32,000 nt of DNA from a cyanobacterium endosymbiont of Braarudosphaera bigelowii (GCF_020885515.1 NZ_AP024987.1:180001-212000); one strand, 5' to 3'; shown: positions 19,476-29,779, numbered from the stretch's first letter. A program made the numbers and translations. The notes: generated by a model not told the origin, from the sequence alone.

Positions 19476-20990
19476 CTAGCTTTTAGTCGTTAAGGGTTTA
19501 TCTTGTTGATAGTGATAGAGCTTGCTAGTCAAACATATTTCTGCCTTTTGTAGTTCTGCTCCCAAATACATAGCATGCTTTACTCCAAGACCAGGACAGT
19601 CTTCTGCAATCTTATTTTGAATTTTTTTTGCAGATTTACCAAAATAATAATTCACAATTTCTCCCGATCCTGGGGTAATATGCTCAACAGATATTTGATT
19701 ATCCTGAATGAAAATTAAGTAGCTTCCACTGGGATCAGCGTATTGTTTCTCTTTACATATTTTTTTATATTCTGCATCTACTATTTTGTCTGCATATTCC
19801 CAACAATCGTTGTAAATATGAGCGCTTTGACTAATAGTAATTAGTGGACCAATCTGCAATTTATAATTAGATCTATCCTGTATCTCTGTAATAATGTGTA
19901 CTTGCAATGCCCTTAAACCCATTGCATTGGAAGGCCATGCAGAAAACATATCATTGCTACGAAATGTAGCTGTTAAAGATAATTCATTATCAATAGTTCT
20001 TATCCAAATATGGTTTAAACAAGGAGGACTATCATTATTGTCATGATCATTAACATCCCATAGAGACATAACAGCTCTAGAAGAATTGATATCAGAGATT
20101 AGTAAACTTATAATTTGTTCAATTTGGTCTTTTTTAAACCAAGATCTTAATCTTTGTCCATATGTATATTTAATACCCTCTCGTTGCGGAGAATCATCAA
20201 GAATTTGAGATATATAGTCATTGATAAATTCTCTTTTTATGGGAAGATAATTAGGCTCAGGAAAATAAAAACTTAATGGTTCATCTTTAACTACAGCTAC
20301 AATATTAATTAGTTCTTGCCACTTTCCATATTCGGTTGGCCTAATTCTTCCAGTTGTTTTAATACGATGTAATATCTTAACCCAAGTTTCTGCAACTGTA
20401 TTACCTTCTATTCGATGGCAATATTTAGTTCCAGGACGTACTTTTGAATTAGTTTCTGTAAAGGGAAAAATTAAAGGTTTGCTCCAAGGCTTTTTTTTCT
20501 TTTTCTGATTCAATTCCTTCATATAGTTAACTGCTTCAACAATTGATTCAGCTTCCTTGTAGACTATAGATCTACGAAGTGATTCTAATATATCAGAAGG
20601 AATTTCTATATCTATATATCCAAGAATATTGGAATTAACAATCCATACATGCTTTCCTATATGATCAACTCCTGCTCTAAAGCCTTTATTTAAGAAGTCT
20701 AATAGACATTGGCATCCTCCCGCATTTCGATCTTCTTTTGTTGCTTGTAATATGATCAGCGAAATCACATGAGGATTTGCTAGTAAGTTTCTTATTAAAG
20801 GACTAATACCTCTAGTTGGACTATACAAATTCCCAATAACTGCATACTCTTTTGATATTAAATATTTTGCTACTGATTCTTTGACTGTCCATCCGGTAAT
20901 AATAGCTGTTTGTCCATAACCACAAATTAGTTGGTTAGGTTTATGATACGGAGTATAATTAAATGAATAACTTGGTGATGTTGTAGACAT
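19476..20990 (-). CDS. two-domain protein: MtrA/DUF4346-like N-terminal region plus thymidylate synthase-like C-terminal domain
   Basis: 504-aa ORF; N-term AVIGNLYSPTRGISPLIRNLLANPHVISLIILQ...LDFLNKG resembles tetrahydromethanopterin S-methyltransferase subunit A-type sequences; C-term YTYGQRLRSW, SRAVMSLWDVNDH, PPCLNHIWIRTIDNELSLTATFRSNDMFSAWPSNAMGLRALQ resembles ThyA/archaeal TS. Confidence 0.75.
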   Translation of the reverse strand: MSTTSPSYSFNYTPYHKPNQLICGYGQTAIITGWTVKESVAKYLISKEYAVIGNLYSPTRGISPLIRNLLANPHVISLIILQATKEDRNAGGCQCLLDFLNKGFRAGVDHIGKHVWIVNSNILGYIDIEIPSDILESLRRSIVYKEAESIVEAVNYMKELNQKKKKKPWSKPLIFPFTETNSKVRPGTKYCHRIEGNTVAETWVKILHRIKTTGRIRPTEYGKWQELINIVAVVKDEPLSFYFPEPNYLPIKREFINDYISQILDDSPQREGIKYTYGQRLRSWFKKDQIEQIISLLISDINSSRAVMSLWDVNDHDNNDSPPCLNHIWIRTIDNELSLTATFRSNDMFSAWPSNAMGLRALQVHIITEIQDRSNYKLQIGPLITISQSAHIYNDCWEYADKIVDAEYKKICKEKQYADPSGSYLIFIQDNQISVEHITPGSGEIVNYYFGKSAKKIQNKIAEDCPGLGVKHAMYLGAELQKAEICLTSKLYHYQQDKPLTTKS

Positions 20991-21188
20991 AAGTAGTTAT
21001 TAGGTACATTATAAAAATCAATCTAATGTAGTATTTTTTACAATAACTTTTCAATTAATTATGTCGAGCTATCTTGTTTTATGAGCTGACAACATTATGT
21101 TAAATTACTTTTCGAAAATATAGAACGATTCTCTGTTGTAGAAAAGTCAAAACTTATTGACTTTTCTATTTTTATATTTCTGTTATAT

Positions 21189-22274
21189 TTACATACCAAT
21201 TTGTTTAACAAATTCTTGAACTACAGTTAAGCTAGCTGTGTCACGAATAATTACAAAAATTCCTAATCCTAATAGTAAAACAAGACCAGTTTGCATAATA
21301 CTTTCTTGAAACTTAGTAGGCAATGGTTTTCCTAAAATACCTTCTATTAGTAAAAATACTAATTGTCCACCATCTAATGCAGGTAAAGGTAAGATATTAA
21401 TAATAGCTAAATTAATGCTGATTAATGCACCAAATTGAAATAAATTGCCAAAATTATTTTGAGCAATACTGGCTCCATATTCGACTATTTTAACAGGGCC
21501 AGCAATTTGTTGTACATTTTCTTGAAAATGGCTTATTAGTTGCCAAAATCCCTGAATTGTAAGAGTAAAAGCGTTTAAATAGGTTTTACTACTATAAACA
21601 AATATTTCTATTAAATTTTTAGCATGACTTGACTCAATATTAGGCAATAATCCTACTCCAATTTTTCCCCTTCCTTCTTTATTGGAGTTAGGTATTACAG
21701 TTAAATCTAATATTTCGTCTTTTCTCTTGATGGTTAAATTTAAAGGCTTATCTATCGAGTTTTTTACTTTTTCAACAAATAGTGTAGTTGCAGCAGGAAA
21801 CTCCTTTAATAGATATTGGTCTATGGATAAAATAACATCTCCTTCTTTTATTCCTGCAACCATGGCCGCAGAATTATTATCTATTTGAGGGATCATAAGT
21901 CCTGGCTGTAAATTTTGAATGCCCATCGTAGCAGTCTGTCCAATAAAAAGGAAATAAGCAAAAACTAAATTAGCAATTACTCCCGAACTAATAACTATGG
22001 CTCGATCAAGAATAGGACGATTGCGAAGTAAATTTGAATCATCAACTGCTATGGTACTTTCTGGATCGTCATCAGGAAAACCAACAAATCCACCGAGAGG
22101 AATGAGACAAAAAGTATATTCAGTCTCAGTCCCTTGATATTTTGCTAAAACAGGTCCAAAACCTATAGAAAATCGTTTAACATGAATTCCTTGTAATCTT
22201 GCAGCAAAAAAATGACCTAACTCATGAACAACAATTAGAATAACTAAAACTGTGATCGCCGCCAATGTTGACAT
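21189..22274 (-). CDS. rseP: RIP (site-2 protease) metalloprotease, RseP-like
   Basis: 361-aa ORF; VVHELGHFFAARLQGIHVKRFSIGFGP, PDZ-like middle, NILPLPALDGGQLVFLLIEGI. Confidence 0.93.
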   Translation of the reverse strand: MSTLAAITVLVILIVVHELGHFFAARLQGIHVKRFSIGFGPVLAKYQGTETEYTFCLIPLGGFVGFPDDDPESTIAVDDSNLLRNRPILDRAIVISSGVIANLVFAYFLFIGQTATMGIQNLQPGLMIPQIDNNSAAMVAGIKEGDVILSIDQYLLKEFPAATTLFVEKVKNSIDKPLNLTIKRKDEILDLTVIPNSNKEGRGKIGVGLLPNIESSHAKNLIEIFVYSSKTYLNAFTLTIQGFWQLISHFQENVQQIAGPVKIVEYGASIAQNNFGNLFQFGALISINLAIINILPLPALDGGQLVFLLIEGILGKPLPTKFQESIMQTGLVLLLGLGIFVIIRDTASLTVVQEFVKQIGM

Positions 22275-22422
22275 AATAAATTAGTTGATTATCGGATATT
22301 TAACATTTTTACATTGTAAAACATATAGTAATCCCCTTTCATTTTCAATTAATGACTGACAAAAAGTATTAAAATATGATATTCACTAAATTAAAGTTGA
22401 AAAAAATAATTTCTATATTTTT

Positions 22423-23865
22423 ATGACATTTAAGCAAAATCCGATAAAGTTTGGAACAGATGGATGGCGTGGTGTTATTGCAGCAGATTTTACATTCGAG
22501 AGAGTTATAATGCTTGCTCCTATAGCTGCTCAAGTTTTATTAAATAATTATGGAACAATATCTAATAATCACACTATTATTGTAGGTTATGACCGCCGTT
22601 TCTTGGCTGAAGAATTTGCCAAAGCTGCTGCTGATTCCCTAGTTGAAGCTGGTTTTAGTGTTGCTCTTTCTCAAGCTTATGCTCCAACTCCTGCTTTTAG
22701 CTGGGTAGTTAAGTCACAAAATGCCTTAGGAGCTATTATATTGACTGCAAGTCATAATCCTGGGAAATATCTGGGTGTAAAAATAAAAGGAGCTTTTGGC
22801 GGCTCCGTCTCTTCTGAAATTACTCAGCAAATTGAGAATTTACTATATAATGTACCCAAATTTTCTAAAAAGTTAGGTACATTGAGCTTTTTTGATCCTT
22901 GGAAAAGTTATTCTCAGGAATTAAAAAGTAAAGTCGATATTGAAAAAATTCAAAAAGCAATTAAGAATCAAAAGCTAACTGTTTTTGCCGATGTTATGTA
23001 TGGAGCCGCAGCTAATGGATTAGAAAGATTGTTAGAGTGTCCCATACAGGAAATTAACAGTCATCGAGATCCTCTTTTTGGAGGTCATGCTCCAGAACCT
23101 CTACCTTGTAATCTTACAGAATTATCAACTACAGTTAAAAAATTCAATACTGGTAAAAACTGTAGTTTAAGTATAGGATTAGTTTTTGATGGAGATGGTG
23201 ATCGTATTGCAGCAGTTGATAAGCAAGGAAATTTTCTTAGCTCTCAAGTTTTACTTCCTATTCTGATAGACCATTTAGTAATACATAAAGGATTAAAAGG
23301 CGAAATTATTAAAACTGTTAGTAGTTCAGATTTAATTTCTCGCTTAGCAGGTCTCTATGATCTGCCGATTTTTGAAACTCCTATAGGCTATAAATATATA
23401 GCTGATAGAATGCTAGGCGGTAATGTTTTAATAGGAGGAGAAGAGTCTGGGGGAATTGGTTACGGAATACATATACCCGAAAGAGATGCATTACTGTCTG
23501 CACTATATCTTCTAGAAGCAATAGTCCAAAGTGGTGATGATTTAGGAGAATATTACCTGAAATTACAAAAAAAGGTAAATTTCTTCAATGCTTATAATCG
23601 TATTGATTTACCACTATCAAGTTTTGATATGCGTTCAAAATTGATAAAATACCTAGAAACAAAATCTTTTAAGAAAATTGCCAATAAAAATGTCCTAAGA
23701 TGTGATAAGCAAGATGGTTATAAGTATTCTTTAGAAGATCAAAGTTGGTTACTTATACGTTTTTCTGGTACAGAACCGATTCTAAGATTATATTGTGAGT
23801 CTTTAACTTTAGAAAAGGTTAGTAATATTTTAGAATGGATAAAAAATTGGGCTAGTTCAATTTAA
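22423..23865 (+). CDS. phosphoglucomutase/phosphomannomutase family protein
   Basis: 480-aa ORF; KFGTDGWRGVIA, ILTASHNPGKYLGVKIKG, LVFDGDGDRIAAVD, GGEESGGIG, IRFSGTEPILRLY. Confidence 0.93.
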   Translation: MTFKQNPIKFGTDGWRGVIAADFTFERVIMLAPIAAQVLLNNYGTISNNHTIIVGYDRRFLAEEFAKAAADSLVEAGFSVALSQAYAPTPAFSWVVKSQNALGAIILTASHNPGKYLGVKIKGAFGGSVSSEITQQIENLLYNVPKFSKKLGTLSFFDPWKSYSQELKSKVDIEKIQKAIKNQKLTVFADVMYGAAANGLERLLECPIQEINSHRDPLFGGHAPEPLPCNLTELSTTVKKFNTGKNCSLSIGLVFDGDGDRIAAVDKQGNFLSSQVLLPILIDHLVIHKGLKGEIIKTVSSSDLISRLAGLYDLPIFETPIGYKYIADRMLGGNVLIGGEESGGIGYGIHIPERDALLSALYLLEAIVQSGDDLGEYYLKLQKKVNFFNAYNRIDLPLSSFDMRSKLIKYLETKSFKKIANKNVLRCDKQDGYKYSLEDQSWLLIRFSGTEPILRLYCESLTLEKVSNILEWIKNWASSI

Positions 23866-23938
23866 ACACACATAAGCCTTAATATTAAGATAATCTATAT
23901 ATTTTAATATATAAATAATTCAAAAGATAACATCAAAA

Positions 23939-24151
23939 GTGATTAAAACAATGCAATCATATCAGACTATCAAACTAGCACAGTTCCTTAAGTGGAAAAA
24001 ATTAGTGAGTAGTGGAGGAGAGGCAAAAATTAAGATACAGGGAAAGGAAGTATTGCTCAATGGTAGCATTGAGACTCAAAGAGGAAAGAAACTAGTAACA
24101 GGAGATATAGTGACTTTTAATGGAATAGAACATAAAGTCTTACTTCAATAA
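23939..24151 (+). CDS. small S4-domain RNA-binding protein (YbcJ/YaaA-like)
   Basis: 70-aa ORF; IKLAQFLKWKKLVSSGGEAKIKIQGKEVLLNGSIETQRGKKLVTGDIV. Start may be internal at 23951. Confidence 0.85.
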   Translation: MIKTMQSYQTIKLAQFLKWKKLVSSGGEAKIKIQGKEVLLNGSIETQRGKKLVTGDIVTFNGIEHKVLLQ

Positions 24152-24212
24152 ATCCGCTATGTTGGTATGAAAAATAATTATTTTCCTATTTACACAAATA
24201 AAAATAATATCT

Positions 24213-25340
24213 CTAATAATTACTAGATTTAATTGATAAATCCTCAAGAATCTTGTCTTTAATAGTTAATGCAGTTGCTGGAGCTAGTAAAACGCCATTT
24301 CGATAGTGCCCAGTTGCCAACAAGATATTTGAATAATGAGGAATTTTTTGTATTATAGGAGCTGTTTCTCCATCAGGACGAGGACGCTTGCCAGACCAAA
24401 TTTTGGTAATACTTCCATTTTTAAAATCTGGACATATAGCAAATGCTTGTTTCTTAATTTGTTCCAAAAATTTGGACTGAGTTAATAGTTCTCCAGTTTT
24501 ATGAGGGAATTCTACTGTTGAACCTACCCAATATCTTTTGGGATTGATTGGAATAACATTGACATCTTTTCCAGTGATTACAGGAAGAAAATTAGTATCT
24601 ACTAAAGGAGTATCTAGATCAATTTGCATTGCTTGCCCAATTACAGGCTTAATTTTTACTACGGTTTGTAATTTATTGACTAGTTTATTTGAACCTAAAC
24701 CAGCACTTATTACTATATAGTCCGCTTTTAACGTCTGTTTTGATGTTTTATGATAACAAATTAAATCGTGACTTGAGTTATAATTTAATGATGGAGATAT
24801 TACTTGAACTTTAGTATCGAATAGGCAATTTACTCCATTTAAAGATGCTCCTGCAACAAGAGCCTTTGTTATTTCAACTGGGTTTATCTGAAAATCTTGT
24901 GGAGAATAAATAGCCCCGGTTATTTTATCATCTTTAATATGTGGACACCTTTTCAACAGAGTATCTTTTTCCCATGTTTCTAAAAAATAACCAGAAGAAT
25001 TACGAATTTTAATTAAATCTTTCCATTTTTCTAAATAATCATCTACGTAATGAAGAGATAAAACGCCTTGATAATTAACTGGCATTAATTTCTGCGTTAA
25101 TTTTTCAAGCTCAGGAATTAATGTTTCATAACGCTTTAAACTTCTTTTACATAACTCCCATTTGCTACCTTTCGTTTTATAACTAGCTACTCCCATCAAA
25201 ACTCCTAAGGCTCCTTTCGTAGAGGAAGATGCAGGAAATTTCTTATCAATTAATGTAACCTCTATGCCATTTATTAAACTAAGCTCATAAGCTATTGCTG
25301 ATCCTATGATTCCAGCTCCAATAATGAGAATACGTGGCAT
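24213..25340 (-). CDS. thiO: FAD-dependent glycine oxidase ThiO-like
   Basis: 375-aa ORF; ILIIGAGIIGSAIAYELS, IWSGKRPRPDGETAPIIQKIPHYSNILLATGHYRNGVLLAPATA. Confidence 0.88.
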   Translation of the reverse strand: MPRILIIGAGIIGSAIAYELSLINGIEVTLIDKKFPASSSTKGALGVLMGVASYKTKGSKWELCKRSLKRYETLIPELEKLTQKLMPVNYQGVLSLHYVDDYLEKWKDLIKIRNSSGYFLETWEKDTLLKRCPHIKDDKITGAIYSPQDFQINPVEITKALVAGASLNGVNCLFDTKVQVISPSLNYNSSHDLICYHKTSKQTLKADYIVISAGLGSNKLVNKLQTVVKIKPVIGQAMQIDLDTPLVDTNFLPVITGKDVNVIPINPKRYWVGSTVEFPHKTGELLTQSKFLEQIKKQAFAICPDFKNGSITKIWSGKRPRPDGETAPIIQKIPHYSNILLATGHYRNGVLLAPATALTIKDKILEDLSIKSSNY

Positions 25341-25395
25341 TTCTTTTAATCAACTCTCCAAAATAATTTTATAGTCAAAAGTAATCAAATATTAG

Positions 25396-25431
25396 AATTT
25401 AAAACTTACTATAAATAGTAAGTTTTGAATT
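25396..25431. repeat. 17-bp inverted repeat (16 Watson-Crick plus one T-G) with AA loop between cobU and thiO
   Basis: AATTTAAAACTTACTAT-AA-ATAGTAAGTTTTGAATT; inner 12 bp perfect. Confidence 0.85.
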
Positions 25432-25471
25432 AGAAATTACTATATTATCTAACCAATTAATTACTTTAAAG

Positions 25472-26014
25472 TCAATTGCTTTGTATCTTTTGTCCCAAAA
25501 CGCTTAAATTTATAACATGCCCTCCTATTACTAAATAAGTTGTATCAACTCTAGTTCCTAATTTAGAAACTAGAGATCCGAGACGATCACGAAACAATCT
25601 ACCAAGTGGATATGCTGGAACAACTCCCCACCCTGTTTCCTCAGCAACAAAGATCAAATTCACTGGTGTTTTTTTTACACACTTCAAAAGTTCTATAACA
25701 GTCTGGTCCCAGTCTTCATCATTTTCATCTAATTTATTTGCTACCCAAGATCCTATGGAATCAATTAATAAACAAAAGGGAGATCGTGTTGTATTAATAA
25801 CTTCTGTAAGATTGTACGGCACAGATAGAGTTTTCCAATCGGGGGGTCTACGATCACGATGCTTTTTAATACGAGTTTGCCATTGAAAATCAGCAGGATT
25901 TTCAATGGCTGTTGCTACATAAATAACTTTATCATGTAACTTACTAGCTAAATTTTCGGCCCATTCACTTTTGCCTGAACAAGTTGGACCTATAATCAGA
26001 ATATGTTTTGGCAT
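25472..26014 (-). CDS. cobU: bifunctional adenosylcobinamide kinase/adenosylcobinamide-phosphate guanylyltransferase
   Basis: 180-aa ORF; P-loop ILIIGPTCSGKSEWAENLA, YVATAI, RIKKHRDRRPPDWKTLSVPYNL, VAEETGWGVVPAYPLGRLFRDRLG. Confidence 0.95.
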   Translation of the reverse strand: MPKHILIIGPTCSGKSEWAENLASKLHDKVIYVATAIENPADFQWQTRIKKHRDRRPPDWKTLSVPYNLTEVINTTRSPFCLLIDSIGSWVANKLDENDEDWDQTVIELLKCVKKTPVNLIFVAEETGWGVVPAYPLGRLFRDRLGSLVSKLGTRVDTTYLVIGGHVINLSVLGQKIQSN

Positions 26015-26305
26015 TTTATTAAATCTTTATTTAATAAATTATTAGTAAAGTAAATCTTTTTAAAATTTTATCAATAAAAAACAAAATGTTGCTGTTATGC
26101 TTGTTCTATGAGACATAAGTACAAAGTTAAGGAAAAATTATTTAACATAAGCTAATTTTATATTTTAAGAAAGTTTAAATAATATAAGTTGCCATTGATT
26201 ATTTATATAATATCTAATAATTCTGCAGAAAGATTTTTTATGCAAATAATTAATTTTTCATGCTGTTATAGTAGACCCTAAAAATAGAGATATTTTGTTG
26301 ATTAC

Positions 26306-28108
26306 CTAATTTTTTATAAGATATTCTAGTTTTTGTCGTGTACTTATCAGATAAGCTAATCTAATATTGAAAAAAGCATTAATTATAAGAAATAATCTTG
26401 ATATATCAACAGAATATATGCCCCAAACCTTTGGAAAAAAAGTTGCATGAACTAATAAGAAACCTGCTATTCCAATATTTATACCAACAATAAAATTTTT
26501 CCACCCATAAAGTTGAACAAATATAGCAGAGAAACAGTATGATAAAAGAAAACTTACTATAAACGGGTTAAGAGTAGTGGTTCCTCTTATAGAGTTTTCT
26601 AAGTCTAAGAATGAACTTCCAAGAATACGGAATGGCCACTGAGGTAGATCAAAAAAATAAACTCCTTTTAAGAAAAATATTCCTGAACTGCCTAATATAA
26701 CACCTAAATTAAAAGAGAATGAGAAGATAAAGGAATAAGTACGAAATAACAATAGAACTAATAAGTAGGATGTGATTAACATATAAATTTTGAATAGATA
26801 GTTAACGGCTTGAGTGTCTATCCAAAAACCAAGACTAAGACTATAAAAATTGTTAAACCAACTAAATGACTCTTCTAGAATTATTTCTTGATTAAAAGCT
26901 ATCTGAACAGCCTTTTCTGCGTCTAAATGTCCTACTCCAAAATAGTTAAATGGGTCTTGGTTTATTTTACGTGAAGATTTAATCAATATTTGAAAAACAT
27001 CATTAACTTTCTGATAGTTAGCAGCTTTAATTAAAGCTGCTACTCCAGTAACGTGCGCAGCAGCTATACTAGTGCCTTCTAATCTTTGAAAAATTATATT
27101 TTCAGTATTTAAGTCAATTTTTTTTTGAAAATTTGTACTATTGTTACTATTTCCTGGAGCAGAAATATCAACTTGTGCACCAAAATTTGAATAGGATGCC
27201 TTGTTGCCTGTAGTATCTAAGGCCGAGACACTAATAACTTTTTGATATCGGGCAGGATAAGATGCTGTATTGTGATTGTTGTTTCCTGCTGCAGCGATAA
27301 TAACAACACCCTTACCATAAGCATAATTTATAGCATTCTCTAATATCTTGCTTTTACTTTTTCCCCCTAAACTCATATTAATAATATCAGCACCATTGTC
27401 AGCCGCGTAACGTACAGCATCAGCAATATCTGATGTTAGGCCTTCTCCTGTTTTGGAAAGAACTTTTAGAGGCATTATTCTAATTTTATTAAATACCTCA
27501 CTATCATTAACAGTCTGCATTATAACTTTGGCTACATGTGTACCATGTCCATTGTCATCATAGCTATAGTTTTTATTGTTTACAAAATCATACCCTGAAA
27601 TAAGCTTAATTTTTTGAAGCCCAGATACTTTATTTACTCCTGTGTCTATAACAGCAATAGTTATTTTTTTCTTCGATATTTCACCGATATTTTTATCTAA
27701 ATGTATATTAGATAGATTCCACTTCTCATGAGCAAGAGGAACTTGAAAAAAATTACTATACTTTGCTAAAGCCTTATAAATGTAATTAGGTTCTATATAA
27801 TCTATATATTTATTTAGAGAAGATTTTTTCAGATTGTTTAATAGCGTTTCATCTCCTGGTATTATATAAACATTTTCATCGATAGAGTAAATACTATTAA
27901 GACTTACAATAGTTTTATAATCATGAGAGACCTTTTCTATCTGTTGACTTAAAACTGTTGTAGGTATATCTTCGCGAAAATTAATGATAATTGAATTATA
28001 CTTTTCTTTATTCGTAAGTTCCTTAGAACTTATCAAAAAGATTAATAAACCTATTATAAATAAAATTAAAAATAATAGCTTTTGCTTCACTTTCTTTTTT
28101 ATTGACAT
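26306..28108 (-). CDS. S8 family (subtilisin-like) serine peptidase with N-terminal TM and multi-pass C-terminal membrane region
   Basis: 600-aa ORF; catalytic motifs IAVIDTGVN (Asp), NGHGTHVAK (His), LEGTSIAAAHVTGVAAL (Ser); C-terminal ~180 aa strongly hydrophobic in several blocks. Confidence 0.92.
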   Translation of the reverse strand: MSIKKKVKQKLLFLILFIIGLLIFLISSKELTNKEKYNSIIINFREDIPTTVLSQQIEKVSHDYKTIVSLNSIYSIDENVYIIPGDETLLNNLKKSSLNKYIDYIEPNYIYKALAKYSNFFQVPLAHEKWNLSNIHLDKNIGEISKKKITIAVIDTGVNKVSGLQKIKLISGYDFVNNKNYSYDDNGHGTHVAKVIMQTVNDSEVFNKIRIMPLKVLSKTGEGLTSDIADAVRYAADNGADIINMSLGGKSKSKILENAINYAYGKGVVIIAAAGNNNHNTASYPARYQKVISVSALDTTGNKASYSNFGAQVDISAPGNSNNSTNFQKKIDLNTENIIFQRLEGTSIAAAHVTGVAALIKAANYQKVNDVFQILIKSSRKINQDPFNYFGVGHLDAEKAVQIAFNQEIILEESFSWFNNFYSLSLGFWIDTQAVNYLFKIYMLITSYLLVLLLFRTYSFIFSFSFNLGVILGSSGIFFLKGVYFFDLPQWPFRILGSSFLDLENSIRGTTTLNPFIVSFLLSYCFSAIFVQLYGWKNFIVGINIGIAGFLLVHATFFPKVWGIYSVDISRLFLIINAFFNIRLAYLISTRQKLEYLIKN

Positions 28109-28440
28109 TATCTAGTGATGTATAAATTGAAAACGAACTGAACATCTATCCTTTTCTGTCTACTAATCGTTATTGTTTTAAACAATATTACTACTGAGTT
28201 TATCAAAATAATATTAAGGTATTATCATTAATGGTATACAAGAAAATTAGAGAATTTAAAATTAATTGAATTAATATTTTAAGATTACTATCCTAAACAA
28301 TATGAATTGTTAAAGAATAAATAGAAAGTATATAACTTTAGATATTTAGTTATATAAAAACTGTATTACAAATTTATCAATATTCCAAAAATATTTACAT
28401 AACTAACTAAAAATTAATATAAGATCATAGGAAGTTTATC

Positions 28441-29013
28441 TTGGTAAAATTACTGATGGCAAATGAGTTACTTCAAGGAATTAATATTTTTTTGGTTGGG
28501 ATGATGGGAAGTGGTAAGACAACTATAGGGAAGAAACTAGCACAACATCTTAAGTATCGTTTTTTCGATACAGACATTTTAGTTGAACAAGTAAAACGAC
28601 AGACTATTAGCAATATTTTCCTTGAAGAAGGAGAGGAAGCATTTCGTATTCTTGAAAGCAAAGTTTTATCAGAGCTGGCATCGTGTACAAAAAGTGTTGT
28701 AGCTACTGGAGGAGGAATTATATTAGAGCAAAAAAACTGGAGTTATCTACATCACGGTCTAATCATCTGGTTAGATGTTCCAATTCCTCTCCTTACAAAA
28801 AGACTTAATAATGGTATTTCTCGTCCTTTGTTAAAACAAAAACATTTAAGTACGGAGTTAGAAACATTGTTTAAACAACGTCAAACACTATATGCACAAG
28901 GAGATTTAAGGGTTACTATCAGCGAAAATGATAGTTCTGATGATACTGTAAATAAAATCTTGAAATTAATTCCTACTATCATAAAAACTTCTTCACCAGA
29001 TATTTCTAATTAA
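28441..29013 (+). CDS. aroK: shikimate kinase
   Basis: 190-aa ORF; IFLVGMMGSGKTTIGKKLAQHLKYRFFDTDILVE, ESKVLSELA, ATGGGIIL. TTG start at 28441 or ATG at 28456. Confidence 0.94.
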   Translation: MVKLLMANELLQGINIFLVGMMGSGKTTIGKKLAQHLKYRFFDTDILVEQVKRQTISNIFLEEGEEAFRILESKVLSELASCTKSVVATGGGIILEQKNWSYLHHGLIIWLDVPIPLLTKRLNNGISRPLLKQKHLSTELETLFKQRQTLYAQGDLRVTISENDSSDDTVNKILKLIPTIIKTSSPDISN

Positions 29014-29074
29014 TAAAATATCAAGGTTTCTCGAACATTGATAATAGAATTTTTATTTAACACTAAATAAAGGA

Positions 29075-29779
29075 TTACCTATTCAAATTATAAATCTCTT
29101 TTCCTTTAGTAGTTACAAGAAAAGGATAACCAGCTTCGATAAGTGCTTGGTCACGTATGCGACAAGAATCACATAGTCCACATGCTTCATGTCCGCCTTG
29201 GTAACAAGACCATGTTTTTTCAATAGGAACTCCTAGTTTAACAGCTTCTTTAATGATATCAACTTTATTTTTTTTTATTAAAGGAGCAATCAGCTGTGGA
29301 GCATTTCCTTCAATTCCAGCTTTTGACGAAAGCTTTGCAAGATCTTGATAAGTTTTAAGATATTCAGAACGACAATCAGGATAACCTGAATAATCAATCA
29401 TGTTTATACCTAAATAAATAGCTTTTGCACCTTTAGCTTCAGCCAAGGAAAGAGCAAGAGCTATAAAAACTGTATTTCTACCCGGAACATAAGTAGAAGG
29501 TATCTGATAAGGATTAACTCCACTTAAAGGTATAGCTAAAGATTTATCTGTTAGTGATGATCCTCCCCATTGAGAAATATCAACATTAACTATATGGTGT
29601 GAATTTATATCTAATTCTTTAGCAATTATTTGAGCTGATTTCAACTCTTTTTGATGAAGTTGTCCATAACTGAAGGAGAGGGCAATAAGCTCATAGCCTT
29701 GCGAGGCAGCTATCGCTGCCGAAGTAGCCGAATCCAGGCCTCCTGAAAGTAACACAACTGCTAAAGACTTATCAGACAT
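29075..29779 (-). CDS. queC: 7-cyano-7-deazaguanine synthase
   Basis: 234-aa ORF; [19 protein letters not shown]-loop, [41 protein letters not shown]. Confidence 0.96.
   Translation of the reverse strand: MSDKSLAVVLLSGGLDSATSAAIAASQGYELIALSFSYGQLHQKELKSAQIIAKELDINSHHIVNVDISQWGGSSLTDKSLAIPLSGVNPYQIPSTYVPGRNTVFIALALSLAEAKGAKAIYLGINMIDYSGYPDCRSEYLKTYQDLAKLSSKAGIEGNAPQLIAPLIKKNKVDIIKEAVKLGVPIEKTWSCYQGGHEACGLCDSCRIRDQALIEAGYPFLVTTKGKEIYNLNR

Noticed and set aside
21682-21888. 68-aa plus-strand ORF opposite rseP
   Set aside because: Antisense shadow ORF.
24538-24720. 60-aa plus-strand ORF opposite thiO
   Set aside because: Antisense shadow ORF.
28473-28661. 62-aa minus-strand ORF opposite aroK
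   Set aside because: Antisense shadow ORF.
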